Source of the DNA: Clostridiales bacterium | Lineage (GTDB): Bacteria > Bacillota > Clostridia > Christensenellales > Aristaeellaceae | Assembly: GCA_004555155.1 (NCBI GenBank) | Contig: SFJH01000004.1 | Coordinates: forward strand, 28,586-92,585 | Direction of reading: 5' to 3' | DNA length: 64,000 nucleotides | In this document: positions 45,567-56,085 of the stretch, one piece after another | How positions within the stretch are numbered: the stretch's first letter is position 1 | Layout: each line of letters begins with the position of its first letter | Made by a program: the position numbers and the translations under genes | Notes under the pieces: model-generated | The model's input: only the letters and a program-made list of their open reading frames with translations | What the model was told of the DNA's origin: nothing | Database searches by the model: none

Positions 45567-46313
45567 GTGCCAGTGCATGGCTGGGAGAGGCTCTGCCGCT
45601 ATGCGCCGTTTGATCTGAGCGAAAGGAAGCCGAAGGCGATCCGGAATATCTCCGCGCTGGAAAGACAGTGCAAACTGCTGGAATCGCTTGACGTGCGCGC
45701 ACTGAAACGGAAGTTTGAGAGGATTGCGTCAGCTCTGCCGAGCGATGACGACGTCACGGTCGCAATTTTTCCCGGCGATCCGGACGACGCAACGGTGAAT
45801 GAGCGGCAGAACGGCGTGGTCGGCGGCTCGACGTTCGGCAATATGTATATCCGGGCGAACCCCTGCGTGGAGGGCTATGAGGATTGGATTGGGTATGTCT
45901 TTGCCCATGAGTATCATCACGCCGTGTGGGGCAATTACTGGTACGTGCTTCACGGCGGCGAGCTGGAGAACAAGCTGATCGACGCGCTGGTGATTGAAGG
46001 CGAAGCGGATTGCTTTGCGCTGGATTTCTATCCGATGCTCAAGCCGCAGTGGCTGTTCGGCATGACCGAAGCGGAGATCGCCGCGATTTGGGAGGAGAAG
46101 TACCGGCCCGCCGCGGAGAAAACCGACGTCGATGATGAAACCTATATGTTCGGAAGCGCGGCGCAGGGGATTCCCTGGTGCGCAGGATATGCCGTGGGCT
46201 ATCGTCTGGTGAAGACATACCTGAGCGCCGTCGGGAAATCCGCTGCGGAGATTCTGGAAATCAGGCCGGAGCAGCTGCTCAGAGAGCTGACCGAGATGGG
46301 ACGATGGAAGTAG
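45567..46313 (+). CDS. DUF2268-like predicted zinc-dependent protease
   Basis: 248 aa with a GTG start (uncertain). Motif VFAHEYHHAVWG .. EGEADCFA. Confidence 0.65.
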   Translation: MPVHGWERLCRYAPFDLSERKPKAIRNISALERQCKLLESLDVRALKRKFERIASALPSDDDVTVAIFPGDPDDATVNERQNGVVGGSTFGNMYIRANPCVEGYEDWIGYVFAHEYHHAVWGNYWYVLHGGELENKLIDALVIEGEADCFALDFYPMLKPQWLFGMTEAEIAAIWEEKYRPAAEKTDVDDETYMFGSAAQGIPWCAGYAVGYRLVKTYLSAVGKSAAEILEIRPEQLLRELTEMGRWK

Positions 46314-46344
46314 AGGCGGGCGGAAACGGTCGCGTTTGACTGCA

Positions 46345-46379
46345 GGCATTCGGGTGTACGTGGCCCGGATGCCTTTTTT
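46345..46379 (+). terminator. intrinsic terminator after the DUF2268 gene
   Basis: ggcattcggg-tgtacgtgg-cccggatgcc followed by tttttt. Confidence 0.7.
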
Positions 46380-46500
46380 GTCGGTCAGGCGTCCGGCTTT
46401 GCCAGGGCGTGCTTTCCCGGAGCCATGATCTGACCCAAAACCGGGATTGCGAAAGCGAAGCGGCTGTGATAAGATGAAGGCGAACAAGGGAGGCGGAACG

Positions 46501-47472
46501 ATGAAGGACGAACGAAGATGCGATGCGGTGATCATCGGTGCGGCGATCGCGGACATTCTGCTGCGGCCGGTGGATGAGACGGTGTTTTCGACGGGCTCCT
46601 GCGCGGTGGACAGCATCCGCATGAGCGTGGGCGGCGACGCGCTGAACGAGGCTACGGTGCTGGCGCGGCTGGGCCATGCGCCGATGCTGGCGACCAAATT
46701 GGGCTGCGACGGTGTGGCGGACTTCATCCTCGCCCACTGCGCGCGGGAGGGCGTTGCGGTGCACGCCGTTCGCGACGGGGCGATGGACACGGGCATCAAT
46801 GCCGTGCTGGTGCGCCCTGACGGCGAGCGCAGCTTCGTCACGAACCGCAATGGCAGTCTGCGGAGACTCTCGCTGGAGGACGCGCTGTCCGCGCTGGAGA
46901 CGCCGGCGTTCGTTCAGGCGCGGGCGGTCTGTCTGGCCAGCATGTTCGTGTCGCCGCAGCTGGGGCTCACGGAGATGGAGGCGCTGTTTGCACGGGTGAA
47001 ATCGGCGGGCAAGCTGCTTTGCGCCGACAGCACGAAGCGCAAGCATGGCGAGACGGTCGCGGACGCCGCCGGTGCGCTGGGATATCTGGATTATTTCTTG
47101 CCCAACCTGGATGAAGCGCAGCTGCTGACCGGCTGCGATGAACCCGATGCGATGGCTGACGCGCTATTGGATGCGGGCGTGAAGCACGTGGCGCTGAAGC
47201 TGGGCGGGCGGGGCTGTCTTCTGAAGAGCGGAGGGGAGCGGACGATCGTGCCCGCGTATCCGGATGCGGTCTGCGTGGACACCACCGGCGCGGGCGATAC
47301 CTTTGCGGCGGCGTTCATCGCGGCGCTGCTGGAGGGGCGTTCCTTCGCGGAGTGCGGCGCGTATGCGAATGCGGCGGCGTCGGTCTGCATCGAGCGGCTG
47401 GGCGCGACGTCCGCGAAGCTTGCGCCCGCCGAGGTGTGCCGCCGGTATGAGCGGATTCTTCTTCGAATGTAA
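46501..47472 (+). CDS. PfkB-family carbohydrate kinase
   Basis: Track ORF is 46447..47472. I prefer the ATG at 46501, which follows GGGAGG. The C-terminal motif DTTGAGDTFAAAFIAAL is typical of ribokinase/PfkB kinases. Confidence 0.8.
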   Translation: MKDERRCDAVIIGAAIADILLRPVDETVFSTGSCAVDSIRMSVGGDALNEATVLARLGHAPMLATKLGCDGVADFILAHCAREGVAVHAVRDGAMDTGINAVLVRPDGERSFVTNRNGSLRRLSLEDALSALETPAFVQARAVCLASMFVSPQLGLTEMEALFARVKSAGKLLCADSTKRKHGETVADAAGALGYLDYFLPNLDEAQLLTGCDEPDAMADALLDAGVKHVALKLGGRGCLLKSGGERTIVPAYPDAVCVDTTGAGDTFAAAFIAALLEGRSFAECGAYANAAASVCIERLGATSAKLAPAEVCRRYERILLRM

Positions 47473-47575
47473 AATGTTTATTCTGCGCTGTCTCAAACCT
47501 TGCATGGGTTATTGGATTTAATTTTGTCATGGTAAAATAAGAAAGAATAGATTTGAAGGTTTACAGGAGGAGAAG

Positions 47576-49006
47576 ATGAGCGGAAAACTGAGACAAATGT
47601 TTGGCGCACAGGATATGACGGTTGGACGGCCGCTGGCCAATCTGGCGGCGTTTTCCATTCCGCTGCTGATCGGAAATCTGGCGCAGCAGATGTACAACAC
47701 CGTGGACTCCATCATCGTGGGCCGTTACGTGGGCGACAACGCGCTGGCGGCGGTCGGCGCGGCGAATCCGATTCTGAATCTGCTCTTGCTGCTGTTCATG
47801 GGCATCTCCACGGGCGCGGGCATTCTGGTGGCGCAGTACTTCGGTGCGCGCCGTCCCCGGGAGCTAACCAGCGCGGTGGGCACGTGCCTGGCGCTGACGT
47901 TCTTCGCCAGCCTGATCATCATGGTCGTCGGCCCGCTGGTCACGCCGCCGCTGATGCGCCTGCTGAAGACGCCGCCTGAGGTCTACGGCATGGCGGTGGA
48001 CTATCTGACGATCATCTGCGTGGGCATCATCGGCTGCGGCTATTACAACATCGTCTCCGGCATTCTGCGCGGCATGGGCGATTCCATCACGCCGCTGCTG
48101 TTTTTGATCGTGGCCTGCGTGCTGAACATCTTCCTGGACATCCTGTTTGTTGCGAAGTTCAACATGGCGGCTGCGGGCGTGGCGCTGGCCACAGTGATTG
48201 CCCAGTTCATCTCGGCGATTCTGTGCATCTGGCGGCTGATGCGGATGCGCGACGTGGTGCAGCTGACCCGCCGCTCGCTGGTGCCCGACCGGCAGATGAC
48301 CCGCGACACCATCCGGCTGGGCCTGCCCTCCGGACTGAGCCAGATGATCTTCTCGCTGGCGAGCATCGTGATTCAGTCGCTGACCAACTCCTTCGGCCCC
48401 AGCGTGATGGCCTGCTCCGTGGTGGTCATGCGCGTGGACGGCTTCGCGATGATGCCGAACTTCACCTTCGGCGCGGCGCTGACCACCTTTGTGGGACAGA
48501 ACGTGGGCGCGCGCCGTCTGGATCGCGTGAAGGAGGGCGTGCGCGAGGGCTTGGTTGCCGGACTGGCGATTGCCGTGGTGCTGGTGGCATGCATTCTGGG
48601 CTTCGGCGAGGCGCTGATGCGCATGTTCACCGAGACCGAGGAGGTCGTGCAGCTGGGCATGCACATGATGCGCATTCTGGCGGTGGGCTACATTGCCATG
48701 GCCGTCACCCAGAGCCTCTTCGGCGTGATGCGCGGCGCGGGCGACACCGTGACGCCCATGTGGGTGTCCTTCGTCACCACCGTGGTGATTCGCACGCCCA
48801 TCGCCTATCTGCTGGCGTATCTGACGGGCTCGCCCGATTCGCTGTTCATCTCGCTGCTGACCGCCTGGATCATGGGCGCGGTGATCACGTCGGTGCTGTA
48901 CCGCATGGGCGTGTGGAAGCGCAAGGCGGAGAAGGTCGGCGCGGCCATGGAGACGATGCAGGTCGAACCGGCAGTCGACCGCCCCGAGGGCGAGCTCGAG
49001 GCGTAA
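47576..49006 (+). CDS. MATE family efflux transporter
   Basis: 476 aa with 12 predicted TMs. N-terminus ..PLLIGNLAQQMYNTVDSIIVGRYVG is typical of MATE/NorM. Confidence 0.85.
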   Translation: MSGKLRQMFGAQDMTVGRPLANLAAFSIPLLIGNLAQQMYNTVDSIIVGRYVGDNALAAVGAANPILNLLLLLFMGISTGAGILVAQYFGARRPRELTSAVGTCLALTFFASLIIMVVGPLVTPPLMRLLKTPPEVYGMAVDYLTIICVGIIGCGYYNIVSGILRGMGDSITPLLFLIVACVLNIFLDILFVAKFNMAAAGVALATVIAQFISAILCIWRLMRMRDVVQLTRRSLVPDRQMTRDTIRLGLPSGLSQMIFSLASIVIQSLTNSFGPSVMACSVVVMRVDGFAMMPNFTFGAALTTFVGQNVGARRLDRVKEGVREGLVAGLAIAVVLVACILGFGEALMRMFTETEEVVQLGMHMMRILAVGYIAMAVTQSLFGVMRGAGDTVTPMWVSFVTTVVIRTPIAYLLAYLTGSPDSLFISLLTAWIMGAVITSVLYRMGVWKRKAEKVGAAMETMQVEPAVDRPEGELEA

Positions 49007-49070
49007 ACAGAGACGGCGCAAATGAAAAATCCATCCGATTGAAGTCGGATGGATTTTTTGCTGTGAAGCG

Positions 49071-50192
49071 TCAGGCGCCCAGTCCCTCGTAGATCAGATC
49101 GCGGATGGCGGGGTGGAACTCGCTGTAAGCGCGGCCGCAGGAGAGCACGTGCTGGACGTAGAAGGCGGAGAGGTGATGCTCGGGATCGATCATCGTCCAC
49201 GCGCCCGCCGCGCCGTCCCAGCCGAACTCGCCGACGGGACTGCGGGAGGTCGAAGCGTCCACCAGCGTGCGCACGCCCAGACCATAGGAATACCCGACCT
49301 TCCCGCACAGATCGAAGTCCGCGCGGCACGCGCCCTTCTGACGATCCCTGCGCAGCTCGTCGATGGACGCGGGGGAGAGGATGTGCGCGCCGGTGCGGCC
49401 CACGCCGCCGTTGGCCAGCGCGTCGGGCAGCAGGACGTAGCTGTCCAGGTCGCTGAGAAGTCCCGCGCCGCCGCTGTCGTAGGCCGGAGAGAGCACATAG
49501 GCGTTGACGCGGCGATCCCGGGGATGGGGCTGCTCCTGCTCGTCCCACTGATAGGCCGCGGCCAGACGATCCATCTGATCCGCAGTGGGATGGAAGGTGA
49601 TGCTCTTCATGCCCAGGGGCTCGACGATGTTTTCGCGGACGAATTCGGCAAAGGTCTTGCCGGAGACGACCTCGATCACCGCCGCCATCACGTCGTGGCA
49701 GAGACTGTAGCGGAAGCGCGTTCCGGGATCGAACCCCAGCGGCCGCTGGGCGAAGGCGTTCACGATCTGAAGGGTCGCGGCTTTGTCGCCGTATGCTTCC
49801 AGACAGGCCCGGATGGCGGGCGTGTTCAGTTCGTAGTCCAGACCGCCCTGCATGCTCATCAGGTGCTCCAGCGTCATCACCGTGCGCGCCGGGCGAACGG
49901 TTTCGCCGTCCAGAAAGGTCAGATTTTCGTAGGCGGGCAGGTATTTGGACACGGGATCGTCCAGGCGCATGGCACCGCGTTCGATCAGCTGCATGGCGGC
50001 GGTCATGGTGAAGAGCTTGGTGGCGGAGTAGAGCCAGTAGGTCTCGTCGCCGCAAATGGGCTGGCCGGGACGGCCCTCGCCCGCCATGTGGCGGTAGATG
50101 GGTTCGTGATGGAGAAACACGGTCATGGCGCAGCCGGGAACGCCTTTCTCCGGAAGCGCGTCCAGATATCGGGTCAGAGCATCAAAGTTCAT
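49071..50192 (-). CDS. serine hydrolase (class C beta-lactamase/PBP-like family)
   Basis: Track ORF is 49071..50228. I prefer the ATG at 50192, which follows AGGAGG. The SxxK motif reads YSATKLFT. Confidence 0.8.
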   Translation of the reverse strand: MNFDALTRYLDALPEKGVPGCAMTVFLHHEPIYRHMAGEGRPGQPICGDETYWLYSATKLFTMTAAMQLIERGAMRLDDPVSKYLPAYENLTFLDGETVRPARTVMTLEHLMSMQGGLDYELNTPAIRACLEAYGDKAATLQIVNAFAQRPLGFDPGTRFRYSLCHDVMAAVIEVVSGKTFAEFVRENIVEPLGMKSITFHPTADQMDRLAAAYQWDEQEQPHPRDRRVNAYVLSPAYDSGGAGLLSDLDSYVLLPDALANGGVGRTGAHILSPASIDELRRDRQKGACRADFDLCGKVGYSYGLGVRTLVDASTSRSPVGEFGWDGAAGAWTMIDPEHHLSAFYVQHVLSCGRAYSEFHPAIRDLIYEGLGA

Positions 50193-50224
50193 ACAATAAC
50201 CTCCTGCGCGGCGACGCCGCGATT

Positions 50225-51136
50225 TCAATCGAACAGTCCTTCCACCTTCGCGCAGCTGCTCTCCTTGCAGCGCAGCGTGGCCGAAGCCAGCCGCGCGCCC
50301 ACGGCCACGGCCTGCCGCAGCGACCTGCCGCGATTCAGCGCCATCACCGTGCCGGCAAAGAAAGCGTCGCCCGCGCCGGTGGAATCCACCATCTCGGCGG
50401 GCACGGCGGGGCAGTGTCCGGCTTCGCCGGAGTCGCCGTCGAAGTAGACCGCGCCCTTTTCGCCCATCGTGATCACCATGGAGCGAATCCCGGCGCGCTT
50501 CGCACCCGCGATCAGCGCGTCGAGCATTTCGAAGGGCGTGTTTTGCGTCAGATCCGCACCGAACAGCCGTCCGGCTTCGATCTCATTGCAGATGAACACG
50601 CGCACATGCCGTAGAAATTCAGGCCGGCGCAGGATCACGCCCATATTGCCGACGATGGCGTAGACGGGCTTGCCATGCTTTTCCGCCAGTTCGAGCACCG
50701 TCTCGGCGATGGACTCGTTCATGTCGATTTCGAGAATCACGTTTTCCGCGGCGGAGACGATCTCCTCGCCGTGGGCGCGGAGGTATGCCTCCAGCGGGCG
50801 GAAGTCCGGCTGCTTGGATACGGAGCCGACCAGATCGCCGTGCTCGTCCAGAATTGCCAGCCACATGCCCATGCCGTCCTCCGCGAACAGCGTGTGGCGC
50901 AGGTCGACGCCCAGTCCTTCCAGGCGCTCGCGCACCTCACGGCCGAGCGCGGAATGGTCCGTCATGCTGACGAAGGACGCCTTCACGCCCTGATTTCCGA
51001 AGTCCTCGCAGACGTTGCGGCACACGCCGCCGTGCACGAACTGCACCGCGCCGATGTTTGTGCCCGTGGGCGAGTAGTGCTCAAAGGCAAATCCCTTCAC
51101 GTCCACAAAGACTGCGCCGATGATCGCCGTATCCAT
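50225..51136 (-). CDS. PfkB-family carbohydrate/nucleoside kinase
   Basis: Track ORF is 50225..51229. I prefer the ATG at 51136, which follows GGGGGAA. VDSTGAGDAFFAGTVMAL motif. Confidence 0.8.
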   Translation of the reverse strand: MDTAIIGAVFVDVKGFAFEHYSPTGTNIGAVQFVHGGVCRNVCEDFGNQGVKASFVSMTDHSALGREVRERLEGLGVDLRHTLFAEDGMGMWLAILDEHGDLVGSVSKQPDFRPLEAYLRAHGEEIVSAAENVILEIDMNESIAETVLELAEKHGKPVYAIVGNMGVILRRPEFLRHVRVFICNEIEAGRLFGADLTQNTPFEMLDALIAGAKRAGIRSMVITMGEKGAVYFDGDSGEAGHCPAVPAEMVDSTGAGDAFFAGTVMALNRGRSLRQAVAVGARLASATLRCKESSCAKVEGLFD

Positions 51137-51155
51137 GAAGATTCCCCCATCCTTG

Positions 51156-52547
51156 TCATGCGGCTTGATGAAATCCAAGGCTGCGCTTCCAGCGGCCGCC
51201 GAAATAGCGCAGGCCCAGCAGCAGCGCACGGGACACGTTGTCCCCTACCATGCACAGCCAGACCGCCGTCAGGCCGAGTCCCAGTCCCCGCACGCAGATC
51301 AGCGTGCCCAGCACGCGCACGCCCCACATGGTGATCAGCGAGACCGCGAAGGGATACTTCGTCTGGCCCACGCCGTGAAATACGCCCTCGAAGATGATCA
51401 TCGCGGCGTACAGCGGCTCGGAGCAGGCGACGATGCGCAGAATCTTCGCACCGCCCGCGATGACCTCCGCGTCTGCGGTGAAGATGGACATCATAAAGCC
51501 CGGGAAGGCGAACAGGATCGCGCCGGTGATCGTCATCAGTCCCATGCTGACCAGCAGGATGGTTCTCGAGACGCTGTCCAGCTTTTTCTCGTCGCCCTCG
51601 CCCAGGGCGCTGCCGCTCAGCGTGGACGCGGCGGCCTGCATGCCGAAGCCGGGGATGTAGAAGGCCTGCTCCGCAGTCAGTGCGATGGAGTGGGTGGCCA
51701 GAGCGGTCTTGCCCAAGGATGTGACCAGCGCGGAAAACGCCACTTGTCCGCCGAACACGCCGATGTTCTGCAGCGCCACCGGGAGACCCACGCGGACGCA
51801 GCTGTTCATGACCTCGCCGTCCCAGCGCTTTTTCAGCTTGATCGGCGAGAGCACGGGACTGGAGAGCACCTTGTACAGCATCATCGCTCCGCTGAACGTC
51901 ACGGCGATCGCCGACGCGATGGCTGCGCCCACCACGCCCCAGCCCGCGCCGGGAACCGTGAACACCGCGCCTGCCAGCGCGACCTGTCGGGTCGGGAAGA
52001 TCAGCAGGAAGTTGAGCAGGACGTTGATGGCGTTCATGCCCAGGTTCACCAGCATCGGCGTGCGGGTGTCGCCCGAGGCGCGCAGTGCGCTGCCAAGGAT
52101 ATACGAAAGCGCGCGGAAGATCAGCGGCGCGCACAGAATGGCGAAGTACAGATATCCATCCTGGCGGATGTCCGGCTCCGCACCCAGCCAGCCGGGCAGG
52201 CGGGGCGCAGCCAGTTCGGTGATCAGCGTCATGGCGACGCCCACGATGAGCGCCAGCCATATGCCCTGCTGGGCGGCGCTGCGGGCGCGGTCGAGGTTCT
52301 TCGCGCCGATGGCGCGGGCGATGCAGGCCAGTACGCCTGCGCCCATGGCCCACAGCGGCGCGTTGGTCAGCCAGGTGACGGTGGTAGTGAGCCCCACCGC
52401 CGCCATGGCCCGCACACCCAGTCGACCCACCATGGCCGAGTCCGCGTACTGAACGATGGTCTGCAGCGCCTGCTCCACCATGGCGGGCCATGCCAGCGCA
52501 AGGATCGTCGCCAGCATTGTCCGCGATTGCTTTTCGGGTTGAGACAT
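51156..52547 (-). CDS. MATE family efflux transporter
   Basis: 463 aa polytopic protein. LALAWPAMVEQALQTIVQYADSAMVGRLG. Confidence 0.85.
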   Translation of the reverse strand: MSQPEKQSRTMLATILALAWPAMVEQALQTIVQYADSAMVGRLGVRAMAAVGLTTTVTWLTNAPLWAMGAGVLACIARAIGAKNLDRARSAAQQGIWLALIVGVAMTLITELAAPRLPGWLGAEPDIRQDGYLYFAILCAPLIFRALSYILGSALRASGDTRTPMLVNLGMNAINVLLNFLLIFPTRQVALAGAVFTVPGAGWGVVGAAIASAIAVTFSGAMMLYKVLSSPVLSPIKLKKRWDGEVMNSCVRVGLPVALQNIGVFGGQVAFSALVTSLGKTALATHSIALTAEQAFYIPGFGMQAAASTLSGSALGEGDEKKLDSVSRTILLVSMGLMTITGAILFAFPGFMMSIFTADAEVIAGGAKILRIVACSEPLYAAMIIFEGVFHGVGQTKYPFAVSLITMWGVRVLGTLICVRGLGLGLTAVWLCMVGDNVSRALLLGLRYFGGRWKRSLGFHQAA

Positions 52548-52736
52548 GTTTTTTCACTCCATTGTGTTGGCTTTCAGCATTTGCCGCAGCGCTCCTGTCG
52601 CCGATATCCCCGCGTGCGAACCCGTGCGGGGCGGAAGACGCGCTACCGGTCGGCGGGAGGGGACGGCTCTCCTCCGCGCGGGAGAGATTGGCGCGGGAAT
52701 CATGAAACCCGCATCCGGGATTTGACCGAAGGGATC

Positions 52737-53840
52737 TCAGCCGCCGGCAAGGCGGCGGTAATCGGCCTCCAGTTCCCTGGCGGCGGAGACGAGGTCGTAG
52801 CCTGCGCGGGAGACGGCTTCCATCCCCGTGCGGCTGGCGGCGGCGCGGTCGGCGGCGGGCAGATCCAGCACCGCGCTGACCCAGCTCTCCGCGTTCAGCG
52901 GCAGGAACTGCGCGCTTCGGACAAAGGCGCAGTCGGGCGTGATCGCGTCGGACATCAGCACGGGCAGTCCGGCGCACTGCCATTCCAGCGCCACGGTGGG
53001 GAAGCCCTCGTGCAGCGACGGAAGCAGCATGGCGTCCATCATCTGCAAAAGCCGCGGCACATCCGTGCGCGTGCCCAGAAAGCGAACGCGCTCCGAGACG
53101 CCCAGCGCCCGGGCCTTCTCCTCGATTTCCGCGCGCAGCGGGCCGTCGCCCACCAGCACCAGCAGGTAATCGGGACTGCGCCGGGACACCTCCGCAAAGA
53201 CCTCCAGCAGAAAGGCGTGGTTTTTGGCCGGGGTGAAATTGGCGACACAGCCCAGTACCGTGCGGTTTTCACAGTTGAATTCCCGCCGCAGCGTCTCGCG
53301 CACCTCGGCGTCGAAGGCGAAGCTGCGGGTGTCGACGGCGTTTCGCACCACGGTGAACGGCCGGCGGCCGAACAGCCAGCGCCCGGCTTCTTCGCCGCAG
53401 GCCATGGCGTGCGTGTAGAGACCGTTGAACAGCGGGCGCAGCAGATGGTGCAGCGCCGCGTATTTGCAGCGGCTGTTGTGGCTGTGGGCGATGCGCACCT
53501 TCGCGCCGCCTAGCCGCGCCGCCAACAGGTCAATGGCCAGCGTGCAGGAATTGCCGTGGCAGTGCACCACGTCGTAATCGTTTTCGCGAACGGTCTTCGC
53601 GACAAACCGCACATAGCGCAGCGGATGCTTCAGCCGATGGGGCGCGATGAGCACGTCGCCGCCCAGCGCCTCCGCCTTCGCGCGGATGCCGTCGTCGTCG
53701 ATGCGGTAGCTCAGAAAATCCGCGCGCACGCCCTTCATCTGCCCGACCAGGCGCAGGGGAAACAGCGTCTGACCGTTGAACTTCATGGGCGTGGTGATCA
53801 GCTCCAGCGCGCGGAGTTCATTTTTTCGGGATGCGCACAT
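52737..53840 (-). CDS. glycosyltransferase family 1 (GT4-like)
   Basis: Track ORF is 52737..53855. I prefer the ATG at 53840, which follows GAGAGGAG. C-terminal signature LLPSLHEGFPTVALEWQCAGLPVLMSD (E-x7-E type). Confidence 0.8.
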   Translation of the reverse strand: MCASRKNELRALELITTPMKFNGQTLFPLRLVGQMKGVRADFLSYRIDDDGIRAKAEALGGDVLIAPHRLKHPLRYVRFVAKTVRENDYDVVHCHGNSCTLAIDLLAARLGGAKVRIAHSHNSRCKYAALHHLLRPLFNGLYTHAMACGEEAGRWLFGRRPFTVVRNAVDTRSFAFDAEVRETLRREFNCENRTVLGCVANFTPAKNHAFLLEVFAEVSRRSPDYLLVLVGDGPLRAEIEEKARALGVSERVRFLGTRTDVPRLLQMMDAMLLPSLHEGFPTVALEWQCAGLPVLMSDAITPDCAFVRSAQFLPLNAESWVSAVLDLPAADRAAASRTGMEAVSRAGYDLVSAARELEADYRRLAGG

Positions 53841-53851
53841 GGCGGCTCCTC

Positions 53852-54718
53852 TCAATCCAGCGCGCGTAGCTCTTCAAACTCGCCGCCGTGCTTTTCGTAT
53901 TCGTAGATCTTGGCGTCCACCAGCATGCGGTACCAGAGGCATTCGAAGTAATGGAACAGGAAGCCCTCCCTGCCGTCCAGGAAGCCCAGGCGGAAGATGT
54001 AGTTGTAGAGGAACCACAGCCAGGCGCGCAGGAACTTCGGCGCGCGATAGTACAGTCCGAATTTCTTCTTGCGCCGGGACTGGATGTAGGGATCGGCCTG
54101 GATGTCGGTGGACGCGCCGCGGGTGAAGGCGATGTAGTCCTGCATCTCGCGGGTGGCGTACCAGTTGTAGCGGCGGATGTAGTTGTCCAGATCCTTGAAG
54201 TCGTAGTGCAGGAAGCGCTCCTTCAGGCTGACGTTGCGGCCGGAGGAGAGAACCGAATGGGGATCGCGCTTGCGGTCCTCCAGACGGCCGATTCCGCGCT
54301 TGAACAGCATCATCTTGCGCTTCTTACGGATGCCGTGCAGAATGGGTCGGCCGAGGAAGTAGAACACCGCCTCCATGGTGATGCCGTTCAGGTCGCCGTG
54401 CAACGCCTCGTCGCTGGAGAGGAGCGATTCGGCCTCGGCGATCAGCGCGGGGGTCAGGCGCTCGTCGGCGTCCAGGCGCAGGATCCAGTCGGTGTCGATG
54501 CCGGCGTTGTCGATGGCCCAGTTGAACTGGGCGGCGTAATAGGTGAACTCGTGCACCAGCACGTCCGCGCCGTGCTCGCGGGCGATCTCCACCGTGCGGT
54601 CGGCGCTGCCGCAGTCCACCACCACCGCGCGCTGTGCGAATCCCCTGATGGATTTCAGACAATCGCCGAGGTTCTTTTCCTCGTTTCGGGTCAATACAAT
54701 CGCGGTTACGCTTGCCAT
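53852..54718 (-). CDS. glycosyltransferase family 2
   Basis: 288 aa. VTAIVLTRNEEKNL .. VVVDCGSADRT .. LRLDADE (DxD). Confidence 0.85.
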   Translation of the reverse strand: MASVTAIVLTRNEEKNLGDCLKSIRGFAQRAVVVDCGSADRTVEIAREHGADVLVHEFTYYAAQFNWAIDNAGIDTDWILRLDADERLTPALIAEAESLLSSDEALHGDLNGITMEAVFYFLGRPILHGIRKKRKMMLFKRGIGRLEDRKRDPHSVLSSGRNVSLKERFLHYDFKDLDNYIRRYNWYATREMQDYIAFTRGASTDIQADPYIQSRRKKKFGLYYRAPKFLRAWLWFLYNYIFRLGFLDGREGFLFHYFECLWYRMLVDAKIYEYEKHGGEFEELRALD

Positions 54719-54788
54719 AGAGCTCCTCCTTGATTCCCGGCACGGCCGCCGGACAGAACATCACATTATTATACACAGTATTATACAT

Positions 54789-54817
54789 GAATTCCGCGCC
54801 TGCGGCAAGAGAATGTT
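54789..54817 (-). promoter_or_regulatory. sigma-A-type promoter TTGCCG-17-TATAAT for the GT2-GT1 pair
   Basis: Minus-strand read: cTTGCCGcaggcgcggaattcatgTATAATactgtgtataat. Confidence 0.5.
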
Positions 54818-54910
54818 TGATTTCGGATGCTGCGGTGAAAGGAAATTGTGAAAACCGAACAAAACCGCCTGCGCGGGAGAAATCGTCGGCAAAATTCATC
54901 AAAAATACCC

Positions 54911-54939
54911 TTGAGTGTTGGAATCAAAAGTGTTATATT
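54911..54939 (+). promoter_or_regulatory. sigma-A-type promoter TTGAGT-17-TATATT (TG-extended) for potABCD
   Basis: ccTTGAGTgttggaatcaaaagtgtTATATTaaac. Confidence 0.55.
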
Positions 54940-54988
54940 AAACATAATCTGTCGGCCGTATCAAAACGGCTGGGCGTATGGAAAGGAA

Positions 54989-56071
54989 ATGAGCGCGATG
55001 GGCGAGAATGTGCTGCTGAGACTGTCCGGTCTGGAAAAATCCTTTGAGGGAACGAAGATCCTGCGGGGCATTTCGCTGGAGATCCAGGCGGGCGAGTTCG
55101 TCACCCTGCTGGGCCCCTCCGGCTGCGGCAAGACCACCACGCTGCGCATCATCGCGGGGCTTCTGGAGCCGGACGCCGGCACGGTCATGCTGGACGGAAA
55201 GGACATCACCCGTCTCGCGCCGGAAAAGCGCGATGTGAACACCGTGTTTCAGAACTACGCGCTGTTTCCCCATATGAACGTGGAGCGCAACATCTCCTAC
55301 GGACTGCGCGTGCGGGGCATGAAAAAGCCGGAATGGCAGAAAAAGGTGGCGGAGATGCTCCGGCTGGTGCAGCTGGAGGGCTATGAGAAGCGCATGCCCG
55401 CGCAGCTGTCCGGCGGACAGCGTCAGCGCGTGGCCATCGCCCGGGCGGTGGTGCTCAATCCGAGGCTGTTGCTGCTGGACGAGCCGCTGGGCGCGCTGGA
55501 TCTGAAGCTGCGCCAGCAGATGCAGCAGGAGCTGAAGGATATCCAGAAGCGTTTGGGCATCGCCTTCGTGTACATCACGCACGATCAGGAGGAAGCGCTG
55601 AACATGTCCGACCGCATCGCAATCATGCACGACGGGCAGTTTGAGCAGATCGGCTCTCCCGAGGAGATCTACGAGCATCCGCAGACCCGCTTCGCCGCAG
55701 GCTTTATCGGTCAGACGAACCTGATCGAGGCGAAGGTGGTCGAGGCGGGCGCGGACGGTCTGACGCTGGAGTACAACGGCGTGCGCTTCCCCGCGCGCAG
55801 GGCGGACTTCGGCGCGAAGGCTGGCGACGAGGTGGCGCTGAGCCTGCGCACCGAGCGCGTCGGCTTCGCCCGAAAGCCCATCGCGGAGTGCGCGCTGCCC
55901 GGCGTGCTGAAGTCGCGCCACTATGCCGGCGGCTCCATGCGCGCCATCATCCGCCTGGACAGCGGGCGCGAGGTGCTGGCGCTGTGCCAGTCCGCCGAGC
56001 GCGCGCAGGGCGAAGCCGGCGAGCGCGTGTTCCTCTGCTGGAACCGCGACGAAGCGCCGGTGGTGCGATGA
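54989..56071 (+). CDS. potA: spermidine/putrescine ABC transporter ATP-binding protein
   Basis: Track ORF is 54848..56071. I prefer the ATG at 54989. GPSGCGKTT, LSGGQRQRVAIARA, LLLDEPLGALD, and a C-terminal TOBE-like domain. Confidence 0.9.
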   Translation: MSAMGENVLLRLSGLEKSFEGTKILRGISLEIQAGEFVTLLGPSGCGKTTTLRIIAGLLEPDAGTVMLDGKDITRLAPEKRDVNTVFQNYALFPHMNVERNISYGLRVRGMKKPEWQKKVAEMLRLVQLEGYEKRMPAQLSGGQRQRVAIARAVVLNPRLLLLDEPLGALDLKLRQQMQQELKDIQKRLGIAFVYITHDQEEALNMSDRIAIMHDGQFEQIGSPEEIYEHPQTRFAAGFIGQTNLIEAKVVEAGADGLTLEYNGVRFPARRADFGAKAGDEVALSLRTERVGFARKPIAECALPGVLKSRHYAGGSMRAIIRLDSGREVLALCQSAERAQGEAGERVFLCWNRDEAPVVR

Positions 56072-56085
56072 CGGGAGGAAGTCAA

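Noticed and set aside
53804-53871. Near-repeat CCAGCGCGCGGAGTTC / CCAGCGCGCGTAGCTC around the GT2-GT1 junction. Both encode ELRAL.
   Set aside because: This is a short GC-rich coincidence in two different genes. There is no extended similarity or structural consequence.
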